A program made the translations under genes and the position numbers. Positions 13,141-26,189 of a stretch of DNA of 64,000 nt are shown here, piece by piece. The stretch's first letter is position 1; each line of letters begins with the position of its first letter. Source of the DNA: Octopus vulgaris (lineage: Eukaryota); NCBI GenBank assembly GCA_951406725.2, contig OX597819.1, positions 73,780,001 to 73,844,000 of the forward strand, written 5' to 3'. The notes under the pieces were generated by a model that worked only from the letters and a program-made list of their open reading frames with translations, had not been told where the DNA came from and ran no database searches.

Positions 13141-16100
13141 TTGTCCTCCCACTATTGCTTGGTAATTGATGTTGGTGTGTTTACATCCCCATAACTTAGC
13201 GGTTCAGCAAAAAAACCAATAGAATAAGTAGTAGGCTTACAAGGAATAAGTCCTAGGGGTCGATTTGTTTGACCAATGGTGGTGCTCCAGCATGGCCACA
13301 GTCAAATGAGTGAAACAAGTAAAAGAACAACAAATTGTTTAATTGTGAAATGCGAACGTTGCTTGTGAATGTTACCTGACATGATATTCAGGTTGGCTGT
13401 GAGGCAACCCATCATCCACTTAACACCAGACGAACACCTTAGAATTTTTTCCAGATTTAAGGAATAGTTACATTTTTTACACCATGTAATATCATTTCTT
13501 ATTTTTTTTTTTCGTTCTGGTATTGTTGCAGATCACATAAACCAGAATCTACATGCTGGCGGTGGCTTACACGAAGTGAAATGGGAGAAAGAAATGGAGG
13601 CACCAATTATGCGGCGTCTCGTAAACGAGTCCCACAGTAAGTATTGTTAATTAGTATTTGATGAGCAATAACTGTTACCTATTGATTAACATGCAAAGTA
13701 ATACACTTCCTCCACCACCCGACCACCATGGCCACCACCACTCACCAATCCAGATGATCACAGAAAATACATATAAGCATCAAAATAAGTCAGTCCTTTG
13801 CCCTAGCTCTGTGCTGTGTTCACCAAAGCACAGGTGTGTCTGTGTGGTTGAGAAGCTTGCTTCCCAACCATCTGGCCCTGGGTTCAGTCCCACTGTATGG
13901 CACCTTGGGCATGTATCTTCTACCATAGCTTTGGCCTCACTGAAACCTAGTGAAGGGATTTGGTAGATGGAAATTGAAAGAAGACCATTGTTTTGCATAT
14001 GTATGTATACATATATATATATATAATCTTCATTTAACGATGTTTTGTGCTGGCGTGGGTTGGGACAACTGAATAAGGTCTGATGGGTGCAGGAACTGCA
14101 CCAAGCTCTATTGTCTGCTTTGGCAGGGTTTCTATAGCTGGATGCCCTTCCTAATGCCCACCACTCCAAGAGTGTGTACTGGGTGCTTTTCTCATGCTAC
14201 CAGTACTTGCGACCCTATTAAACTGGAGGGAAGGGGCTTTAGGCTAGCAGATGAGGGTTAAGGTATGAGAAAAAGGGATGGGGTAGAGCAGGTTCTTCTT
14301 GTAGGGGAGCTCCATGGCTACTCACATTTAGAAGAAAAGGAGAGAATAAATCAATCATGGAGGTGGTACCTCAAGATTTGAGGTTAGTAGAAGTGATTTG
14401 GGACAGAGGAACGAGGAGTTTGGGTGAGTTGGGGGCTTACAAGAGTGTATGAAGTGTGGGGCTGGAGATGGGGGAAACAGGAGGCAATGTTTGTAAGGAT
14501 TGGGTACAGTTGAAAGATGGGTGTGGGGGTAAGGATGGCCAACAGTGTGTGAGTTGGGGAAGGTAGAGGGATACAAGAAGAGAGCAGCAACAAGATAGTA
14601 ATGATGATACAGTTGACAGAGGGAGGACGAGAGAGAGAGAGATGACATGGTTGGGTAGGGTGCAGGAGAAGGGATGAAAGAGAGAGAAAGTGAAACTGCA
14701 CGAGGATAGAATTTGATGGTTCTATGTGAAGATGGGATGGTGGGGGTGTAGAGAACATTATGAGTAACAACACATTATATGTGTGTGTGTAATGTCTATA
14801 CTCTTATCATGTGATGGTTGTAAAGGAGCATCACCACCATACATGTGGTGTTCATTTCCAGTCTTTTGTAAAAACATATCTGGGTGATGGGGAAATATTA
14901 TGTTGTCTGGATATACTTGTGCTTCTGTAATGTAACATGATTTTAAACTGCTTTTAGATATATTTGTGTCTTTGCAACAACAAGCTGAGAAGTTGTCCGA
15001 TACCGAGTTAAAAGACTAGTAAGTTACTAAATTTCATTTCGTTTAATTTTTACTAAAGTGCTAAACTCAGCCTGTTTGGAAACTGGCTCTTCTTTATTTG
15101 CAGTTGAATGTCCTTGCTTGTTGTTTTGCTACTGTTTGGACATTAAATTAACAAAATTATGATTTGTTTTCATTAAAACTCAGGTAAAATAAACATCAGA
15201 GATGCTTTGCCCAATGATGAAACTGTAGGAGCCACCCAAATCTTTTGCAAACTCTTCTAAATTCATTGCAATACTGGAAACCCTTCCATATCATTAACAG
15301 GTGTCTCAGGGCAACAAGCACTTTGCCCCTTAGTCTGTACATTTCACCTGAGTGGGGCAGCAAGGGCTCAGCTATTCTTAATCTAATCAACAGGATGTAG
15401 CAGTATTCTATTTCTCAAATGGCTGGACATCTTTAATTCATGGCTGTCTGACAGCAGCCATGCTTTGTGATTGTATGTGAATAGAAAGAAGAATTGTTCA
15501 ACTTTTGAAACCTCCTTTCTGCTGAGGTAGATCTCACATGAAAGTTTATAAACAATATTTAATGAAGGTTTATAAATATAGCAGTTAATATTTATCATCA
15601 TCTGATGTGGCTCATATAGGGGCGAGTGTAGCTGAGTGGTTGAGAAACTTGCTTGCCAGCCATGTAATCTTGGGTTCAGTCCCACTGTGTGACACCTTGG
15701 GCAAGTGTTTTCTACTATAGCCTTGGGCTGACCAAAGCTTTGTGAGTGGATTTGGTTGATGGAAACTGAAAGAAGCCTGTCGTGTGTGTGTGTGTGTACA
15801 CACACACACACACACATATGTATAGAAGACAAAATGGGATTAAACATTTCTGGCAGACATCAAGTAAGCACTCAGTATAAAGGAATAAGGTTAAATTTCC
15901 AACAAGTAGATTCCAGTAAATGTATGTAGATTACAAATCTCCAGTAATCCTTTTGTAGAATTTTAAGAAATTAAGAGTATTTAACAACAACCAATAATAT
16001 TTAAGATGACACCTTAAAAATCCAACAATTGTTTCAATTGCGTTAACAGATACATACATCTAATATGAAGAAATGATTTTCTTTGTACATATTATTGGTT

Positions 16101-18743
16101 GTTGTACATCATTATCATCATCATTTAACGTCCGTTTTCCATGCTAGCATGGGGTGGACGGTTTTGACTGAGGGCTGGCAACCAGATGGCTGTACTAGGC
16201 TCCAGTCTTGATCTGGTAGAGTTTCTACAGCTGGATGCCCTTCCTAATACCAACCACTCCGAGAGTGTAGTGGGTGCTTTTTATGTGCCACCTGCATGGG
16301 GGCCAGTCAGGCGGTACTGGCAATGACCTCGCTCGAGTCTTTTTACATGTTCCACAGGCACAGGTGCCAGTGAAGCGACGTTGGTAATGATCACGCTCGA
16401 ATGGTGCCCTTTTTACATGCCACGGGTACGGAAGCCAGTTGGCTGCTCTGGCAACAATCACACTCGGATGGTGTTCTTGGCACCCTATTAGCACAGGCAT
16501 AAGTGCCAGTAAGGCGACGCTGGTAACGACCATACTCGAATAGCTGCTCTGTCAACGATCACACTCATATGGTGCTCTTTGCACCCCGCTAGCACGGATG
16601 CCATTCATCGAAATGATTTTGATTTTGATATATATATATGTGTGTGTGCCTGTGGCACGTGAAAAACAACATTCAAGAGTGGTCATTGCCAGTGTTGCCG
16701 GACTGGCTCCCGTGCAGGTAGCACGTAAAAAACACCTTTTGAGCGTGGTTGTTACCAGTACTGCCTGACTGGCCCTTGGAGTGGTTGGCGTTAGGAAGGG
16801 CATCCAGCTGTAGAAACTTTGCCAGATCAAATGTGAGCCTGGTGCAGCCTTCTGGCTCGCCAGTCCTCAGTCAAACTGTCCAGCCCATGCCAGCATGGGA
16901 AGTGGACGTTAAACGATGATGATGATATACTCACATACACACACACGTGTCTGTGAACCCTTATTTTGACATCACTTGATGTTACAAAAATCACCATCAT
17001 ACATGTGATGTTCATTTTCAGTCTTTTGTAAAAAATATGTCCAGTCACAGGGAAATACTACTTAGCCTTGTTGATCTTGTTGAGCTTGCACACTATTTGG
17101 GCCATAACATCACTGTTGTCCAAGGTGTGTTGATATGAAGACACATAGAAGCACAACACAAACATGCAGGCTTCCAGACAGTTTCCATTTACCGTATTTG
17201 CCAAAGTTTACAGTAGGAAACATGCCTGAAGTGCCACACAAAAGAATTGAATCTGAAACCACAAAGCCACATGGTTGTGAAGCAAACTTCTTAACTACTT
17301 GCTACTCCTACATAGAAATGAATATTGCAATTATAATGGTGTGTAAAGGGGTTGGTGTTAGGAAGGGCATCTAACCCAGGGAACCATGCCAAAACCAGAC
17401 ACTTGATTTTTGTCAAACTATCCAACCCATGCCAACATGGAACAGGGATGTTAAACGATGACAATGATGACATCCTCTAGTTACATAAAGATACCATGGT
17501 ACCTTGTTGTAAGGTGGACTGAGGTACATTAAATTAAATATACAGTGAAACATGGAGTGTGGGTTTGAACTGAGAACGTTGATATTTACTCCAGGATTTG
17601 GATTTTTAGCTCAGCTCTTGCTATTTAGTAATCAGGTGCAGCTTTGTACTGGGAGTGTTACACCTGAACAGAGAGATAGACAAATATTGTATTTGCTATA
17701 TATTTATATGCACTGCAATTAAATTATTTATTTTTCAGCTTAATAAAAGCCAGTCGTCATTATCGTTCTGTTGTGAAGGGTTGTTGCTGGACTTTACAGT
17801 ATGAATCTGGTAAGTGTAGACATTAAGAAAAAGAAAAAAATTGATGGTTAACGTTTGAAGTGTACTTTTGTCACAATGGATAACATCAGGAAATATGGCA
17901 TGCATACAATAACTGTATTTTCCCTTTTTATCTTGTATATAAATACTAGAGTGTTACTTATCCTATGATGAGTAACTTTGGAAGTATACTTTTACAATCA
18001 TTGGTAATATCAGGGAATATGGCATATATACAATAATTGTAATTTAATTTGTATCAAATTTCTTGGTGCTTATATAAAATGAAATGAATATTTTGAAAAA
18101 TAATTATCGTAAAATAAAATTAAATAAAACAAATTTCTCATTTGTATATTTACAATAAATATTTCCTAATTTTTTTCTAAATTTAATCTACATAGTCACA
18201 ACTTACTCCATTGAAAACCTATTTTTGCAGAATTTCATTTTTAAAAAATGTGTATTTTTTAGGAAGTAATGATGCCTCCTATGTTAACTCCCTCTATATA
18301 TTTCTTTTAATCTCTCTTCTTACCCTCTCTCTATATGATGTAAAGCTTGACTAGAGAAATCAACCAATCAACTAACAGTTATATCAGCTATGTATATATA
18401 TATGTATTACTTCTACACATTACAGCAATATATTATATTTGTCCATAAATATCATATATATATATATGTATATAGGTTAGTTGAGTTATAGGTTAAAATA
18501 GCCGTCTAAGGGATGGAAGTATCCATTACACTACTGGTATATTACCTATGTTTAACCATGGGCATACATATGCCAACATATTAAGCTCATAAATTATAGG
18601 TAAAAACGGGGATAAACATGGGTTTATCAAGATACAGTCTATTTGTATTGAATTAATAAATAATAATTGATGTTAGTCAATTGTTTTTCATCAATATTTC
18701 TCTATTTTCTGTTGCCAGCATGGAAAGCAGACATTAAATGATG

Positions 18744-18815
<72 letters not shown>

Positions 18816-19176
18816 TGGGCCTCACAGGAGCAAAGTGGCTGAGTTCCTTTTGAGTGTTGGTCCTCATGGAGGAATTATTTTGTACTTGAGAAGACCCATC
18901 AAGCCGAGCAAAATCTGTCGTGGCAGATACCAGTGACATGCAAATTGGCATCCATGCCGGTTGCATGTAAACGCACCCCAGTGTCACGCAAATGGCACGT
19001 AAAAGCACCCACTACACTCTTGGAGTATCTGGTGTTAGGAAGGGCATCCAGCCGTAGAAAACCATGCCAAGTCAGATTGGAGTTTGGTGCAGCCTTCCAG
19101 CGTGCCAGCCCAGTCAAATGGTCCAACCCATGCCAGCATGGAGAACGGATGTTAAACGATGATGATGATGATGATT

Positions 19177-19213
<37 letters not shown>

Positions 19214-22200
19214 ATTTATTGGCTAATAATGGTTGTTCTTTACCTTTTCAGAAAAGATTATTGATGATGAGATGAAAGCCCACTTTGAAGATCAACAACA
19301 AATATTCCATCTGATTGAATTGATTTGGAGTCTGTGTGAAATTCTTTACATTGACACCATGCCAGGTAATCTAATCTCTTCTAATCCAAAGTTGCCTGGA
19401 ATTAAAAATATTTGAATCTTATGTCTTCTTAATTTCACTCCATAGATGTTTCTTATGCTTTTAACACCTTTATAGCCATTTGACCTATTTCGACCCCATG
19501 ACCTATTTTTGACCCCTTTCATCCCTTCAGGGCCCAGTTTAATTCACCCTTGAATCTGTGATATAAATTTCATGTTTTAAAGTAATCTAGTTTTAAAACC
19601 TATCAAAATTTCCTGTTAATTTAAATTCCAACACCCAGTTTAATAATGACAAAGTTACTTTACTAAGTTCTTTATTATTTTCAAAATTAAAACAGAGACA
19701 ATATTTCAACAAACATGGTAAAAAAAAGGGTTAAGCCTTTGCACTTGAAAAACATTTGAAAATATTCAATAATAAACATCTCATTGGATAAACACTTCAC
19801 AATTCTTTGGTTTTATCAAAATTTCTAAAAAAAAATTTCAGCTATGAATCATAAAGTATATGCTGTAAAAGTACTTTTGTTCACTTAAGCATATACAGTA
19901 TATTTAATATAAGCACATGAAATTGAAAGGGTGGCCATAAAGACATGTACATTTAGGTGTAAAACATTCCTTCACAGTTGAATGTGAATGGCATTCACTG
20001 CAGATTTTTGTCTGAGAGAGGAAAAAATCTTACACACTGTATGTAGAGTTAGTGTGTAAAAACAAAAACACACCAAGTTCCAGATGACATCTACAGACAC
20101 CAGTGTTTTAGTGTATTTTCACCTCCTCAGTTATAGATACTGCCTCGTTCATTTACAGTCAGTCAGGAACTTGAGTTTCTATGTAGAAAACATCAAACCA
20201 CAATTTTGATGGTGTGTGCTAAAAACCTGCCAAGCTGGAATTAATTCAGTAATGGTACACAAAGTAGTGAAGATCAAAAAATCCTGTACATGTATATTCT
20301 TAATACAACCTTGCTCCCTAGAATGGCTTTGCTGCAGGATTTTGTCTTAGAGGATACATTTCTCCTTGTAGACTTTCAGTGTAAAAACAATTGTCAGTTC
20401 TGAATGACTTCAGCTGATCATCGGACATGTTGCAATATGATTTCACCTCCTCAGTGATAGATACCACCTCAAAAATATGTTAAAAGAACAAGCATCAAAA
20501 TAACAATAACTGCAAAAAACAACTTGTAGAAAATATGAAACAAAATCTTAATGGCAAAACCAAAAAACCAAAAAAAAACAAAAATGTAATTAAAACAAAT
20601 TAGTCATGTGACTTGGTTAAAAATAAGTTGTCATGGTGCTCGTGTACTTACCGAGTTTGGAACAATATTTGTACGTTGTCTCTTTCCATTTATCATCTGG
20701 CTAATGGTGTGATTTTATCGCTAGGAATGTTGCATAGAAAATTATATTTCAAAATTTTACTTATCTCTGACTAATATTTGTGTGAATCCTGAAAACTTGG
20801 TCAGGTTTCCTGCAAGGATTTAACCTGCTCCATTTGTTTAACTTGATTTCTTCCTCTTCTCTTTCATTTTCCTAACTACATTCCTCTCATCTTTTTCTTC
20901 TTCTATCTTCCCCACTCTTTACTTTTCTGTTTCTTCTTTCTCTCACATCATTTCATTCTCTTCATCTATCAACCTTTCCTCCTCCTCCCATTCTCACTTT
21001 CCCCCTCTCCCTCTTCCATTTAATTATTAAACTAAACACAAGTCTCCAACAGATGTTGTGCCTGTATCAATCTTAACTGACACACACACATGCGTGTGTG
21101 TGAGTGTGTATGTATGTATGTATACATGTGTGTGTGTGTAATTGTTCAGGTGCTGCCCCAATACGCCAGCTACGAGGATGGATCAGGTGGCACTTCACAG
21201 AAGGCAACCAGTTGGCTACAGAAATAATACAGAACGAAAAACCTGAGAACCATCCACGCTTCTGGGAAGCTGTGAGTATCATCCTTGTCTCTTTGTATTC
21301 TGAGTATAGGAAGAAGAAAATGTAAGCAGCCGTTCCTTTTGGCCTTTGCTTGTTTTAGTCATTGCAGCGTACTGCCATGCTGGAGCACCACCTTGAAAGG
21401 TTTTAGTTGAATTCAATACTTAAGTATTTTTATGCTGGTTCTTATTCTATTAGTCTCTCTTGCTGAACCGCTAAGTTATAGGGATATACACACACAAACA
21501 GCAATTGCTAAGTGGTGGAGGTGTGTGTGTTGTGACAAACACAGACTCAAAGACACACATGAGAGCTTGGTGTAAGCATCTGACTTACCAGCTCCTGTCA
21601 AACAGTCCAACCAGTGACATTATGATTAAAGGGAATGTTGCCCAATTTGAAATATCACAGTATGACAGTATTGACCAGATCATCAGATGATGTTATACAC
21701 CGCTGATCACGATGCATTTCCAATTCTGTCTTGATTGCACCATTCTTTTCAGCTTGACCCAAATTGCTTGATTAAATTATCTTCCTCTTGTTGTGGGAGC
21801 CTTCCAAGTGGCCTTTTCTGATCTCTTGGCCACCACTCAACAACTTCATGGGTCTATCTTTTGAATGCAAACCTGGTGGCATGTCCGATCTAATGGAACT
21901 TGTAGTTTTGATATTCTGTGATCACATTGTTCACTCCACTCTGTTCTTGAATTATCTCATTTTAAATATGCTCTCATAATGATAATCCAAGAATGGATTT
22001 TTCTATGGCCCTTTGCATCAAAGCCAATTGATGTTCTGTCCTCTTTGTAGTAGCCCAAATCTCACTAGCCTATAAGCGCATAGGTAGGACAGTGCCAGAC
22101 TTCAGTATTTAAATATAATAACTAGAAAAGTGGGAAAGATATTTTACTAAAATAAAATTACAGAAATGATTTATTCTACCCAGAATGTTTCTTTTTTAAG

Positions 22201-23347
22201 CATAAAGATTGTTGTAAAGATTGTTTGCCAACATAACATGGCAGTCCTGTTTAGGACGAATGTTGCTGTAATTTAGTCCCAGGAAACATCGTCTCCAGCT
22301 GGCCATACTACACGATCTGTGTCCTTATATTTTCGAACAAGGGAATCTAGCACCCTTGTTTGAAAATATAAGGACACAGATCGTGTCATATAGCCAGCTG
22401 GAGACGATGTCTCCTGGGGCTATAAATTACAGCAACATTAGTCCTAAACCAAGACTGCCATATTATGTTGGCAAACAATCTTTACAACAATGTACTGTTG
22501 CTGAATATCTCACGTTGTGAGATTTAGAAATATTAATTTTCTAATAAAGATTGTTTAATAATTTATTTCTCTTCATATTTTCAGATTTACCGTTTATTAC
22601 TCCAAGGAAGTGTTGATGAGGCACGACAACTGTTTTTGCTCCATCCATCCTGTCACATAGATAGCTTCACCAGTTTAGAAGAACTAATGCGTAAAATGCC
22701 TCAGTTAGCTGTAAGTTTTACTTTGTGCTACAAAACATTTTGGGTTGTTTTTTTCATCCTTTACTAAAATACTAAAATATCTTCATTTTCCTCATTTTAA
22801 CGCCCACTTGTCCATGCTAGCATGGATCAGACAGTTTATTTGAGCCAGATTTTCTATAGTTTGTTGCCCTTCCTGTTGCCACCCCCTCACCTATTTCCAA
22901 GCAAAGTAATATTTCCCCATGGCCAGACATGTTTTCACAGAAAACTGGAGATGAATGACACCGCTTGTATGACAGTGATACTCATTTACAACTATCATGT
23001 GATGTCAAGACAATGAGACACAAACATTTATATTGTTGCAGTGCAAATGGTGGAGCCACTATAAAGTTGGACAGTCAGTTGTAGGAGAGGTCAGTAGTTG
23101 GAGAGTTGTTGTATGAGTTCTCAGTTGGAGACTGTGTGAGTTGCATGATTTATACAAGTTGAAGTTACTGCCAAGGTAGACGTTTCAAAGTCGTCTTGCA
23201 GAGCCATCTGTGATAACACCATAGACAAGTCAACGATAATAATGGTAGTGACAAAGACATTACAGTGCCGATGACAACATATAAGTGGGCGAGGTTCCAC
23301 ATCATAACACATACACTCATTCACACTTATGTATAACTTTCCCCCTG

Positions 23348-23391
<44 letters not shown>

Positions 23392-24025
23392 TCTTTTACT
23401 TGTTTCAGTCATTTGACTGCGGCCATGCTGGAGCACCACCTTTAATCGATCAAATTGACCCCAAGACTTATTCTTTGTAAGCCTAGTACTTATTCTATCT
23501 GTCTCTTTTGCCAAACCGCTAAGTTACGGGGACATAAACACACCACCATCGGTTGTCAAGCGATGTTGGGGGACAAACAAAGACACACTAACATATACAC
23601 ACACATACATATATATATATAGCGGGGGCGGATGTGCTGAAAGTGTAACTGCTAGAGTAAGAATAGCCTGGTGACAAAAAGCCTCTCGCTCAGAATAAAA
23701 GGCAGACCGTATCCGTGCCGGTGGCACGTAAAAAGCACCATCCGATTGTGGCCGTTGCCAGCCTCGTCTGGCCCCCGTGCCGGTGGCATGTAGAAAGCAC
23801 CATCTGATCGTGGCCGTTTGCCAGCCTCGCCTGGCACCTGTGCAGGTGGCACATAAAAAGCACCCACTACACTCTCGGAGTGGTTAGTGTTAGGAAGGGC
23901 ATCCAGCTGTAGAAACACTGCCAGATCAGACTGGGCCTGGCGCAGCCTTCTGGTTTCCCAGACCCCAGTTAAACCGTCCAACCCATGCTAGCATGGAAAA
24001 TGGACGTTAAACGATGATGATGATG

Positions 24026-24085
<60 letters not shown>

Positions 24086-26152
24086 TATATACAACGGGCT
24101 TCTTTCAGTTTCTGTCTACCAAATCCACTCACAAGGCTTTGGTTGGCTCGAGGCTATAGTAGAAGACACTTGCCCAAAGTGCCACGCAGTTGGACTCAAA
24201 CCGGAGCCATGTGGTTGGTAAGCAAGCTACTTATCACACAGCCACTCCTGCGCCTATAATAATATAAATATATATATATATATATATATATGCATGCATA
24301 TATACATACATGTCCATACCTACATATATATGTATATATACATGCATAATTATTTGTATCTAAAAGCGTCACCTTTACCTTTGTAGCAGTTGACTATGGT
24401 GCTGCTACACCAGTCATTGAGTATGACTCTTTAGTGTATCACCTGGTTAATATACGGGTGACTAGGCTATAGCTGACACCGCCAGATATTTTGAGCATCT
24501 CTGCTGTGATTCCTGATGGGCCGGGGGCTTTCCCTGCCTTCATACTCTTGATTGCTTTATCTACCAAGGTACTGTCAATTTGGATAGCTGGTCCCTCTGT
24601 TGGGTCAACATTTGGCAGACTCTTTCTCCCATTCATTCTCTTTATTGAGCAACCTTTCATAGTGGTGTCTCCAAACCTCTCTCTTTGCAGCCTTGTTTAG
24701 TGCAAGTGAACCATCATCCATATGGACACATTTCTCTCCTACGACATCACGATTCTCTCTCACACACTGTCTTGCAACACGAAATACTTCAAGTCTTTGA
24801 TCCTCACGGTGCAGAACATTGGCAAATTTTTTCTTATCTGCTTCCCCTCTGGCTAAATAAACCTGTCTCCTAGCTTCCCTTCAGGTAGTCTGATACAATT
24901 CCCTGCTACCTCCGTTCTTCCAATCCTTCCAAGCCTGTTTCTTTTGTCTATTAGACAACCACATTGTTTCACAACCTCGTTACCTTGGGTTGAGAAGGGA
25001 CTTTGCACCAACCACAGATCTGGTCAGTGGCTCTCAGCAGGTTGTCTAGTAGAAACCTCCAGTTGTCTTCCACATTATTTGATGTTATATCCCCTTCTAT
25101 TTTATCGAAGGCTTCGAGTAATATGTCTCTAAATCTCTGTCCATTTGCAGGATCTTTAAGCTTCCAGACCCTTCTCCTCCAGGCTGGTATTCTTCTGGGC
25201 ATCCATTTAGCCCTGATCCTGAAGTCGCTAACTACTACTAATATATATATATATATATACATACATATATATATATATCATCATCATCATCGTTTAACGT
25301 CTGTTTTCCATGCTAGCATAGGTTGGACGGTTCGACTGGTGCCTGGGAAGCCAGGAGGCTGCACCAGGCTCCAGTCTGATCTGGCAGTGTTTCTACAGCT
25401 GGATGCCCTTCCTAACGCCAACCACTCCATGAGTGTAGTGGGTGCTTTTTACGTGTCACCAGCACGGGCCAGAGGAGGCTGGCAAACGCCCACGATCAGT
25501 TGGTGCTTTTACATCTCACCGACATGGATGCCAGTCAGGCAGCGCTGGCATCTGCCACTTTTGGACGGTGCTTTTTATGTGTCACTGGCACGGGTATCTT
25601 AACTACAATTTCCGTTTGATTTTTATCTTGATGTTGGTGTTGATGTACTTGACTCAATAGGTCTCCTGGAGAACAGCGGGTCACTCTACGATCAAAGGTT
25701 AGCGCAGCAGGGTGTCCCGCAAGCCATGAACTCACTTCATTTGTCGGGTTTTCACAGTCACAGCATATCTCAGAGGTCTTGGTCTTCGTCATTTCCTCTG
25801 TGAGGCCCTATGCGTCACCGGCACGGGTATCACAACTACAATATCCATACGATTTTTATTTTGATGTTGATGAACTTGACACACACATGCACACATATGT
25901 AAATATATGTAAATTTAAAATAATAAGGGTAAAAAATTGAATATTAATTTGATTAATATCAATTTAAAACCAATGGTCTAGCATATTAAAATCTGAAGAT
26001 ACAGAAAAATTATATTACATACATATAAGAAGGATGGCCACTACATGGACATCCATGTACTTGAAGTAGATTAATCTATATTTTATTTTTCTGGCGTTTG
26101 CTAAAATTTTCTTGAGAGCATTCCTTTCTTAGTGGTAAGACCATAGCGGATC

Positions 26153-26189
<37 letters not shown>

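Noticed and set aside
17857-18041. ~60-bp direct repeat after exon 5
   Set aside because: A simple local intronic duplication with no splice sites or coding potential.
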